A program made the position numbers and the translations under genes. 64,000 nt of DNA from Octopus sinensis. Lineage: Eukaryota. The notes below the pieces were generated by a model. It had not been told where the DNA came from, did not search any database, and saw only the letters and a list, made by a program, of their open reading frames with translations. The stretch spans positions 11,780,001-11,844,000 of the forward strand of contig NC_043001.1 of the NCBI RefSeq assembly GCF_006345805.1, read 5' to 3'. This document shows, in pieces, positions 52,245-64,000 of this stretch (position 1 is the first letter of the stretch; each line of letters opens with the position of its first letter).

Positions 52245-53154
52245 TACTACTACTGTGACGCGCGATATTCGACAGTAATTCACTGAAACCACTTCCAAGT
52301 GATTCAAGATGAGTTGATTAAACGGGATGCAATTTACTTCTAGAAAAAAAAAAGACGCCTAACAAAGTTATATAAATGCATGGAATTTCCCAATACGCCC
52401 TTTATATATTCGTTTTATATAAGTCCGTCAGTTCAATCATTCGTAGGAATAATACAGTCCTCCTCTCCTGGTGTTGTATTCACAGATATACCAAGTATTT
52501 CAAAAGTAGTTATTTCGTTATTCTTTTATCTATATCTAAAAACAAAGTTAGCGAATCGTTCGCATTAACTTCCCTGCTGTAGCGATCTTGCTTCAAGCTA
52601 TAATAACAATGACGTCTGAATCGATACAGTCATTGAGTGCATTTATTCTGTTTTAACTTAAAAGAACTGGACTCAGAGGAAGTAAACTTTTGATAAGAGC
52701 TGAACTTCAACAAAGTACATTATTTCGAATTGAGGACAGAAGGATGCTTCTGTAACTAATCAACAGAAATATAGCATCGATTTAATGCAAAAAACGAACA
52801 AAACAAAACAAGTGAAGATGATATATAACCGGTTCTTACATTTCTATATAACTAAAGAACGATAGCGAAGGCGTGCTGTTACATTAGTACAATACTTGAA
52901 AGGGAATTATTTTGTATACTTCGGAAGAATCCAATGTCGATAACGGCTGTAAGCGTCAAGGAACATAACACGCACTACTTGACTGATATTCTTTACAAAA
53001 TTACTCGATATATTGCTTTAAATGTTTTCACAAGACCAGCAATTTAGAGAGATGGTCAATCGGTTACAACAGCAACAGTGACCGCCCGGTACATTTTTAT
53101 TGACTCCGTAAGGTTGAAAGGTGAAGTCGATCTCGGCAGAATTTGAAATCAGGA

Positions 53155-53386
53155 AGAAGGCGAGCTGGCAGAAACGTTAACACGCCGGGCGAAATGCTTA
53201 GCGGTGTTTCGTCTGCCGCTACGTTCTGAGTTCAAATTCTGCCGAGGTCGACTTTGCCTTTCATCCTTTCGGGGTCGATAAATTAAGTACCAGTTGCGTA
53301 CTGGGATCGATATAATCGACTTAATCCGTTTGTCTGTCCTTGTTTGTCCTCTCTATGTTTAGCTCCTTGTGGGCAATAAAGAAATA
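53155..53386 (+). mobile_element. Young family A SINE nested in an old antisense family A copy
   Basis: TSD agaatttgaa(a/g)tcagga at 53138-53154 and 53387-53403. Confidence 0.88.
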
Positions 53387-53489
53387 AGAATTTGAAGTCA
53401 GGATGTGAAAACAGACGAAATGACGTCAAGTGTTATGCATCAAGTGCTAATGATTCGACCTTATTTTTATTAAATATATCTAATATATT

Positions 53490-53612
53490 GGCTTGCTCAC
53501 TTAGCCAGCGGGGTGGCGTCATTTGAAGGCTAAAACAATGCGAAGGGCATCGTGACCAGCGATATGTAGCAACATCTGATAGCATGGTCGGTCACGGTGA
53601 TCACGGTCACGG
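53490..53612 (+). mobile_element. Isolated T1 SINE tail
   Basis: ggcttgctcacttagccagcggggtggcgtc...ggtcggtcacggtgatcacgg. Confidence 0.8.
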
Positions 53613-54957
53613 TGGTATCTGATATATGTTTTCGAATGTGAGCAAGATTACGTATAAGGTGAACCCGGTTTTCTCGTAGTGGTCAATGAAACTGGACTGG
53701 CAATGTAAATGATTAATACTTTAATTCAGACGAGCTCATGGAGGGTTCATATCTTATTAGGAGTGTTGGAACACAACTTTTCCAATTGACATAACAAAAT
53801 AGAAACAAACCAATTCTAATTTTTCTTCGCAATTCTTGTATCTCGCAGCATAATCTCGATCGAATTTCCCTTTGCAGAACACGACTCAAGTTATTTTATA
53901 GAATGCAGCTTTGGTTCCTTCAGTTTACTCTTCCTTTTCTTCGAACTTCAAGCAGAGAAAGTGAAACGATGGGCGAACCCACAATGGCTCATGATGGGTT
54001 TTTACACCTCTTTACATTTCGTATCCGATTCATAATAACTACGATTAAATGTCTTACATATGTTACCATCCAACCCTTTTTCAAGTGTGGTAGATCTCTT
54101 CTTCTTCCTGTTCTCTAAAGATAGTTTCCCCTTGAGCCTAGTAGTTGTAATGATGTCGTTCACCTGATGTCAAGTTGTAGGGTATGTCATGAGTGTTATA
54201 AACCTGCATAAGGCTTTCCCTCTCCAAATGCCCACAACCCTGTACATATCTGATTTCTTCCATTAAAGACGAGAAAGGAAATTTTGTGAAATAGACCCTG
54301 AAATGATGAAAAGCAAAGAGGATTTCCACAAAGTATGAGTCTAGAGTATGAGGACGAATATTACAAGACACTGTCCCCAACTCATTAATAGCTCTTAGCA
54401 ACTTACCAAGTATTTATTATCCAAAGTTATCCAAAGTATTGTCCCTTACTAAGAGGGTGGAGTATGATCTGAGCGCAATATTTGGCTACTGTTTATTGCA
54501 GACTCACTGGCATTATAGAGATCCAATCGTTACCTTATTGGTAGTGCTGTTTTTTCTCGTTTAGCCTGACTTCGGAACCCTACGACCAAATACTTCAAAC
54601 TATGACCATACTGGTTTTAGACATTTGTATTAAGAGATCAACATTACACAGCGTACAAAAGACGGAGAAAAGTAAAGGTGGGAACATACGATGTTATAGG
54701 CCCAACACCTATTTCCGAGATCTTGGAGATCCATCATAATTTTCGTAGATGTACGTCATCACAATATGCAAGCCGCAGTCAACATTGGACAAAACTAGCA
54801 TCCGTCATCAGGGTAGAAAATATCTTACATTTCAGAGCATAGTGTAGATATTAACAGATACAGCTCACTCTGTGTATGGTGGATCTATTTATATAAATAT
54901 CTATATAGTTATGCTGAAATATTCATCGTCTGAAAATCTCCACTCTTTGGCTTATCT

Positions 54958-55615
54958 GGTTCTTGTCTTGTCTTGAGACAGCATTCACCCGGAGAGGGTT
55001 GAGCTGGCTTCCTTCATCCTCAATGCTGTATCTCTCACAAACGCCGACCAGGCCTGGCGATTTGAGGCTAACGACCGCGTGATTTCTAACAACTCCTTAT
55101 TCCAGTCGCGTAAGCCGTAGATATGGGGGCCTAGGTTGGGCTCCAGATCAGCCTTGATTGTCATCGGCCAGGTTTTTCTTTGTCCACCACAACGCTTTCA
55201 CCAACCCTGAAGGGGAGCTGGGGCAATTGCTTCGTAGATGAATTCTCCTGGTTGACGACGGAGGGCACGACCCAGCCAACGCAGACGTCTCGTTAGGCTG
55301 ACATGTCGGAGGGAGGTGATTCTGCACTGGTGTCGCACCGAATTGTTGGAGTCAAAGTGATGCCATCGGACACGAAGGATGCGGCGTAGACAGAGGTGAT
55401 CGAAGGACTCTAGTCGCTTAATATCTTCCACCCTCATCGGCCATGACTCGCTGCTGTAAAGGAGAATCGTTCGCACTAGTGCTTAGTAGATTCGTACTTT
55501 GGTGGTGCGTTGGATCTCAGATCTTGACCAGAGTCGTGCATTGAGTCGGTTGAAGGCTTGGCGAGCGAGGTCGATTCGTGTTTTAATGTCAGCCTCACCT
55601 TGATCTGTCCTTCAA
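54958..55615 (-). mobile_element. RTE-clade LINE 3' fragment
   Basis: EADIKTRIDLARQAFNRL...KVRIY*ALVRTILLYSSESWPMR...LRRILRVRW...RRLRWLG...LASNRQAWSAFV; (caaga)n tail. Confidence 0.9.
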
Positions 55616-55859
55616 ACATATATACATGTTTTGGATTTCATACCCAAGCTGTTATATTTAATATATTTAATTTGTTTATCCGCATAATTGCCCCCATATT
55701 TGCTGAACTCGATCCCTCTTATAGCTATGCTTCATCCCACGGAATTTATCCATGTAAGGACATCGGATTCTAAGTATGAATCATTTGAGCGCTACAAAGT
55801 GCCTTCTATATATATAAACACACACACACACACACACCACACACACACACACACACATA

Positions 55860-55895
<36 letters not shown>

Positions 55896-55897
<2 letters not shown>

Positions 55898-56047
55898 CGC
55901 AGGAGTGGCTGTGTGGTAAGTAGCTTGATTACCTACCACATGGTTCCGGGTTCAGTCCCACTGCGTTGCATCTTGGGCAAGTGTCTTCTACTATAGCCTC
56001 GGGCTGACCAAAGCCTTGTGAGTGGATTTGGTAGATGGAAACTGAAA

Positions 56048-56105
<58 letters not shown>

Positions 56106-56337
56106 ATATATATATGCGTGTGTGTATTTGTGTGTCTGTGTTTGTCTCCCTAGCATTGCTTGACAACCGATGCTGGTGTGTTTATGTCCCCGTTACTTAG
56201 CGGTTCGGCAAAAGTGACCGATAGAATAAGTACTGGGCTTACAAAAGAATAAGTCCCGGGGTCGAGTTGCTCGATTAAAGGCAGTGCTCCAGCATGGCTG
56301 CAGTCAAATGACTGAATCAAGTAAAAGAGTAAAAGAG

Positions 56338-56338
<1 letters not shown>
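55896..56338 (+). mobile_element. SINE family B
   Basis: Full-length match. Confidence 0.9.
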
Positions 56339-56368
<30 letters not shown>

Positions 56369-57957
56369 TATATATATATACGGCGGGCTTCCACTAATTT
56401 CCGCTCTACCAAATTGACTCATAATCCATAATCCATTATAAATGCTGGAGATATTTGCCAAGGTGCTCTAACAACACACACAATTTTTTTTAAAAAGCAT
56501 GAAAACATTAGCAAGCAATTATTACTGTATCACATTTTTTTGCCTAAAACTTCCATCCTTTCGGTCGATCACCTGGCACACTTCCAATGAAAACAATGCG
56601 CTTTAGTTATTTATTTTCCTGTTAGCGTTGATTAATTGACTCTAAGATGGAAGAGCACTATAGCCATAACGCCACTAATTTAGTGGTTTTCTGTTAAAAT
56701 ATCTCTTAATACTTTCCTTTTTTAGACAGTAGTACGTAATTTTCAGAATATTCGGTTACGCTTCCTATCACGCCAAGCAAAAACACAGCTATTCCTCTCT
56801 ACATTGTTTCAATCTCTCCTCTGGAACTTCCTTTGAAATCTGCAACTTTTGAACGCCCTTCTCACTTCTCTTTCATTTGCTCGACTACAACACCTTTTCC
56901 CGCCTTTTCTCGTTAACTACACAAAACTAAACTGATAAAAGTTTTCGAAAACTACTACATGGTCTGCACATATTCCCAAAGAACTGGAAATTTGGAAACT
57001 TACCAAAGGGAACATCCATGTCTAATAAACCATGCATCCAAACGAAATGCCACAAATATGTCAGATTTATGCTATTCTAGCTACAGATTCTACACTTTTT
57101 ACACAGATATTGGCATCTTTCCTCGGCAAAGAAAAACGATATTACATATGTATAATTTGTAATTTTATATAGCAAATATATAGCAAACATATGTTTACAG
57201 AATGTAGCTGGAGTAACTATTTATGTACCAGTTAACGAAGAAGACTTAGATATACTACATGACTAGCTGAAGAAGATATTGTATAAATAAAATCGGAAAT
57301 ATTATATGTTATTCTGAGATTCATCAATTCAGTATCATCGTTTATTGATATTGAACAGATTTGATCAATGCAGCAAATATTTATCGTTATATCTAATGAT
57401 ATACTGATAGCTGAGGAAACTAGCTTTTCGCATGTCTGTTGGAATAACTGATATTATGAGTATGCAGAAACACGAAGTACAACTGTATGAATGCCGAAGA
57501 GGCCATCGTGGGTATATTTATTGTTTAAACTTGCAATGATTTACTGACGTTGCTGGAAAAAAGATTAATAATTTGCGTAATTCCGTCGCATATTCTTTGT
57601 TTTGTCGCAATATAATCCACGAACGTATGTTTCTCAATGTTTCGTATCACTTTTCTGCAACAGTAATTCAGCTGTTCTCATTATCAATAACTGAGCCTAT
57701 TCGAAGATGCAAGAAATCAACTAAATAGAAAGAATCCGTGGTTAATTCTGCTGAAACGGTGGAAGATATCGACACACAACTTGCTGTTATTCGGGATTTA
57801 TTGTTGAAGATAAGAGAATTAAGTTGACACGACATTATTCTGAAAATATAGATTCATTTTCATCGCTTGCGGGCACACACACAGCGAACATACAGAAACA
57901 AACACACAAATACACATATACATACATACATACATAGATACATACTTATATATATCT

Positions 57958-58036
<79 letters not shown>

Positions 58037-58454
58037 ATATATATAATCAAAAAAGGGTAATAACATAGATTACTACCGGTGGCCCAGCACAAAAGACGAA
58101 TTAGTCGTTAGACAAAATTTTATTCATATAGAAAAATATTATTCATATAGAAATATAATTAAGGGCCCCTAAATAAGGATGCCAAGTGCTAGGGACACAA
58201 AAAAGGGGTAAATTCATCGAGAGTGAAAATATATATATATATATGTATATATATATATTTCTGTGTGAGTTAGGATTTGAGAAACCAACTAAGGTATAGT
58301 ACCTATCCAATATACTGGTAGTGTACTCAATATTTTTTATGCAAAAGCGCTAGTTATTGCGTGGCAATCTTGCAATTGAGTGTCATATATGGGCGGAGAT
58401 AAAATATGGTTTGCTCTTGATTTATACGTGAAATAAGAAAGTAGAGAGGATACA

Positions 58455-59172
58455 AAATGGGGAGACATCAGCCGGTAAACATTCCGGTATGTCTATTTAT
58501 TCCAATGTATTAGGTGAATACATACAGATTTATAAGTAATTGCAAAAATAAGGGTGTGAAAGCATATAATCTTATAGGAACAGGTGACTGAATGAGTGTA
58601 TGACCAAATGAGCCGATTGTCAGTAGGGGTTAGTTACTTACGGCCGTTTCTGCCAAGAGTCAAGGAAATTTTCAGGTTGTCTCCATCTCTTCAGTGTTAT
58701 GTATGGATGAAAAGGTAAGACTTGGATTCCTCATGTTTGTTCTTGTTATAACTCCTCTTCTTTTTCTACTATTTTGTTTAATAACGCTGTAGCTATTATT
58801 AAGTGTTTTTATATTCCTTAGCCCTCCCAACCATTTAGACCCTCTGAAGAAGCCTAGAGGCACATTCATTATCCAAGTCTTACTTGCTCATCCCTACATA
58901 ACACTGAAGAGATTGAGACAACCTGGAAGATTTCCTTGACTCTTGGCAGAAACGGCCGATGGAACTAACCCCTACGGACAGTCTGCTCATTTGCTCATGT
59001 ACTCATTCGGTCACCTGTTCCTATATGTTTATATGCTTTCACACCCTTATTCTTGAGATTACCAACTCTTGATATTTGATATGCTGTACTACTAATAAAT
59101 GTGTTTGTATCCATCTAATACATTGGAATAAATAGACATACCGGAATGTTTAACGGCTGATATCTGTCCATT
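58455..59172. repeat. Foldback F10 (about 270-300-bp diverged arms) with degenerate hammerheads
   Basis: 58455-58725 is an imperfect reverse complement of 58860-59172; GAAAC-GGCC-GTA on the minus strand at 58639-58650. Confidence 0.85.
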
Positions 59173-59194
59173 TTGTATCCGCTCTACTTATTTG

Positions 59195-59240
<46 letters not shown>

Positions 59241-59316
59241 TGTGTGTGTGTGTGTGTGTGTGTGTTGCTTTTGTTTCGTCTTGCTTGATTACATTCTGGC
59301 GTTTGCTAAATTTTTC

Positions 59317-59962
<646 letters not shown>

Positions 59963-60468
59963 CATATATATATATATGTTGTCAGAAATAATACTTTTAT
60001 TAATTTCTAACCTTGACAAAAGGTGCCAAAAAAGTGATAATGAAGCGAATCAGTTTTATCACATAAGATGACGTTAATGGCGTTGACCATTACAAAATTT
60101 ATAGATTGGGCACTGAAAACAGGAACTGTGAATAATATCCGTGAGACGTGTGCAGTTTTACTCGAGAAAGCAGAATTGGAAATGAAAGATTCGCTTCATT
60201 AAAGGGAAGTTGTATATTTTGGTAGGTTTCAAAATTAGTGTAAAGTCTTCTAGAATATTCGAATGTAAATATTTTTTAGGAATTCCGTTCTTACTGCAAT
60301 ATATATTAGTTAAAATCATTTATCAAATATATATACACGCACAAATACACACGCACAAATATATGCATGAATGCTTATATGTGTTTGGGTGTTTGTTTGT
60401 GTATATGTCTGTGTATGTATGTTATGTACAATTTAACGTGTGAATGTACATGTATATATATATATATA

Positions 60469-61238
60469 CGTGGGACTTTCAATAAGTAATGCCCCTGACC
60501 CACTTGCAGTTGTTTGATCTAGCTGAAACGTTGCATGTGCAATTATGTAATTCCCTATAGATTAAGTGGCAAATTACAGCTCTGAACTAATTGTGGTTTC
60601 TGATTTACAGGTATTTGAACTGAGTCAAGTGTGAAATGGAGCCTATTGAGTGTCGAGCAGTGATCCAGTTTTTGTATTTGAAAGGACGCACACCACGGGA
60701 GACTTTTGCTGAAATGAAAGTAACTTATGGTGATGATGCCCCATCATATGACCTTGTAAAACGCTGGCATCGTGAATTCAAACATGATCGGAACTCTGTG
60801 GAAACAGCTCCCAGATCTGGTCGCCCCCCCCTTCTGTCATTGATGAGGCATCTGTCCGTTAAGTTGAGGCTGCCACTTTGGAAGATCGACGCATAACTAT
60901 TCGCCAAATAGCCCATGAGGTCAAGATTAGTACCGGGTCTGTGGAAACTGTCATTCATGACTATTTGCATATGCAAAACGTGTCTGCCAGATGGATTCCC
61001 AGGTTTCTCAAACCTTTCCAGAAGCAAGAACGCGTCGAGTGCTCGAGGATGAATTTGGAGATGTGCCAAGAAGACGAGTCAAAATGTTTCAAAAGGCTGA
61101 TTACACAGGATGAAACCTGGGTCCATCACTATGATCCAGAGAACAAAGCCCAGTCAATGCAGTGGAAGCACCGTGACTCACCTCCTCCTAAAGAAGGCAA
61201 GGGTGCAGCCCTCCGCTGGCAAGGGCATGCTCACAGTA
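60469..61238 (+). mobile_element. Mariner (Tc1/mariner) transposon, left end with truncated transposase
   Basis: TA then TIR-like cgtgggactttcaataagtaatgcc; MEPIECRAVIQFL...WHREFK (HTH), frameshift near 60860, WIPRFL and ITQDETWVHHYDPE (first catalytic D); stops before the remaining DD34D residues. Confidence 0.9.
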
Positions 61239-61239
61239 T

Positions 61240-63400
61240 ACTCATATACTCCCTCACATATACGCATATACATACTCACTAAACTCGATATATACAACAA
61301 TATTTACACACCCACACTCATACAAATAAATAAATTATACAACTAAAAACTCACACACAATCTCATATACATAAACACTCCAATAAAAAACAACATTAAA
61401 TACATCGTAATTAACCAGAATATCAAAAATAACAATATGACATAAGGAAAAATAAAATACATACTTACAAGTCAGTTTCAAATTATGAAGTGAAATTAAA
61501 TTCTTAACCGTTAAAAAAACCAAACCAAAATTACGTTACCATAGAAATATAACTTATGTAAAAAAAGAATACGCGCCATGGAAAGTAAACGTCATTTAAA
61601 ATTATGAATAGAGAAATAGAATAAATGGAACTAAAAACTATATCCACGTGGCAAACCAACACTACTTAAAAAAAATTTATTATGAATGGATTCTTAATAA
61701 AACTACCATAATAAATTATTATATACAATTATGAGCTTTAGCTCATCTTAGCAGCTCTAACAAACAACTTGCAGTAACCCAAAATCTATTCTCGATGCCT
61801 GCCTTACTACTACACTATTCCAGTGAGGGAGTATATGTATCTGTTGTGTGTGTGTGTTTTCCGTGTGTGTGTGTTTGTGTGTGAATGTGTATATGGGTTT
61901 GTTATTTAGGTTTTGGGATGTATGTGTTAATTTGTCTGTGTGGGGAGGGAGTGGGTTTTTGGTGTATATTGAGGTATATAAGTTAGTATAGGTATGTGTA
62001 TAAGTCGTGGGTCTGTGGTTTACGTGTGTGTATTTTGTGTGTGAATGTTTAGGTTAGGGGGATTGCTATATAGGTTTGTTATAGAGTTTAGGAAAGGGAG
62101 ATTTTATCGTTATATGTTTTTAAGAGTTTTGGTTTATCATGGGTTTTTTTAGGGAATTTGTGGTAATTTGTCTATTTTCGATGTTGGTTGTTTTATTACA
62201 TTGTTTCATTCATAATTTTTGAGTGGTGTTCGTTTTGCCACGTGAATATTATTTTTAATTCCATTTATTCAATTTCTCCATTCATTATTTTAAAAGATGT
62301 TCGTTTCCAGAGCGGTTATACTTTTTATACATATGTTAAGTTCCTTGGTAAAGTAATTTTGTTTGGTGTATATGTTGAGGCTTATATGTACTTGTGGGTG
62401 TGTGTGAGTGGGATGGGTGTTTGTATTTGTTATGGGTGTGTGGTTTACGTGTGTGTATTGTGTGTGAATGTATAGGTTAAAGGGATTGCTATATAAGTAT
62501 GTTATAGTGTTAGTAAAGGGAGGTTTTATCATTTATGTTTTGTGAGTTTTAGCTTATCATGGTAGTTTTATAAAAGAATCCATTCATAATTTTTGTGTTT
62601 ATTTGTCTGTGTGGGGTTGAGTGGGTTTTTGGAGTATATGTTGAGGTTTATATGTATGTATAGGTATGTGTAAGTGGTGTGGGTATTTGTATATGTCGTG
62701 GGAGTGTGGTTTACGTGTGTGTATTTGTGTGTGAATGTTTAGGTTAGGGGGATTGCTATATAGGTATGTTATAGAGTTTAGTAAAGGGAGATTTTATCAT
62801 TATATGTTTTTATGAGTTTTGGTTTATCATGGTAGGTTTGTTAAGGAATTCGTAGTAATTTGTGTCTATTTGCGATGTCTGTTGTTTTATTGCATTGTTT
62901 CATTCATAATTTTTAAGTAGTGTTCGTTTTACCAATTTATTCCATTTCTCCGTTCATAATTTTAAGTGATGTCCGTTTTCTAGAGCGTGAATGTGGGTTG
63001 TATGTGTGTGTGTGTGGGAGTATGAATAAGTATTGTGTTGAAGTATTTAGCTATTTTATTTATTTATAGTTGCCTAGACGTTTTTATGTGTATGTATAGG
63101 GATATATATATAGGGGTGTGATTTAGTGTATGTAGTTAGATATGGTTATATATAATTAGGTATATGTGTATGGGTGTATATATAGTTTATTATTATATTA
63201 TTATTATTTTTGTTTTGTTTATATTTTATATTTTATATTTAATTGTTGATAGGTTTATTTTAGTATATATTGTTTATATATGATTATATATGGATTATAT
63301 ATAGGTTATATATGGATTATATATTATATTTTTTCATTCATACTTTAATTATTTTAAAATTATTATTTTTATATTTTAAAATATTGATATTTTAGATTGG
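61240..63400. repeat. Degenerate tandem and inverted A/C-skewed repeat block, possibly Penelope-derived
   Basis: Three imperfect tandem copies (62018, 62444, 62709) and an inverted partial copy at 61590-61720; strand skew flips near 61835. Confidence 0.55.
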
Positions 63401-63404
63401 AAGT

Positions 63405-63447
63405 CCACCTGAAGATTGTCGATCAAGACAAGAAACAATTGTAGTGG
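63405..63447 (+). ncRNA. Intact minimal type I hammerhead ribozyme
   Basis: ccac-CTGAAGA-ttgtc-gatcaa-gacaa-GAAA-C-AATT-GTA-gtgg; all three stems supported, palindromic CAATTG; heads a copy of the F2 element (to about 63640). Confidence 0.82.
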
Positions 63448-64000
63448 CGGTTTTTTTTGACTATTTATTAAAATTTTATGTATTGATTAAGTCTTTCCTT
63501 GTTTGTTTTGCAAAATAGTGGTTTTGTCTCTAATAATATTTTATAATATTTTACTATAAAATTGGATTTAATCCTAAATCTGATTTTTTCCCTGTAAATT
63601 TGGATTTATTCCCTAATATTTATTATTTATATAATATTGATAATTTTGTATATTGAGTGTAATACCTCAATTTCGTAAATTATGGATTTTACAGGTAAGA
63701 TAGAACCGCTGTTTTGGGATTCATCTTTGAAAGATATTCCTATTCCTTCTAGAAAGGAATTTATCTTGAAACTTGTTAATAATGTTAAAGATTTTATTTC
63801 TAGAATTAAATGGAAAGCTTTTTACTATAATTTTTATTTATTTAATGATATTGATAGTAGGAATGATAATTTTACCTCTAAATTTAAATCTAGAAAGGAA
63901 CCTCCATTTAATAAAGAATTACAATTACTTGAAGATAGTATATGGAAGGTGGTAAAAAATATTGAATTCCATAAATACCCAAATAGAAATAATGAATATT

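Noticed and set aside
54780-54820. CTGATGA-C-GGA...TCC on the minus strand
   Set aside because: GAAA is absent and stem I is unsupported.
61860-63000. CRISPR-like array
   Set aside because: Eukaryotic context; long degenerate units without short constant repeats and unique spacers.
63773-63955. Mitochondrial-like hydrophobic ORF (NUMT)
   Set aside because: AT-rich low-complexity sequence with no recognisable mitochondrial protein motif.

Overview
AT-rich, repeat-saturated animal genomic DNA. The SINE families and long (TA)n/(CA)n tracts point to an octopus or other coleoid cephalopod (inference, not a database match). No intact host gene can be identified; only a few weak splice-signal-bounded candidate exons were found. 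Content: (1) about 30 copies of tRNA-derived SINEs of 3-4 families with interchangeable 3' tails; (2) LINE fragments: four R4/Dong-like restriction-endonuclease (RLE) copies sitting in (AAT)n, one HERO-like RLE remnant, two RTE and two CR1-type 3' ends; (3) a Penelope-like (GIY-YIG) retroelement fragment, a truncated mariner and a non-autonomous Helitron-like element; (4) many microsatellites. The most striking unexplained structure is a set of short non-coding elements that carry type I hammerhead ribozyme motifs with self-complementary stem III. They mostly read from the ribozyme outward into (TA)n tracts and often occur as head-to-head foldback pairs. I read these as a diverse non-autonomous Penelope/retrozyme-like system. 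Minimal hammerheads in Penelope-like elements are established; the family diversity, palindrome variation and paired architecture seen here are the parts that need testing. All alignments and folds were done by eye, so coordinates are approximate to a few bases.
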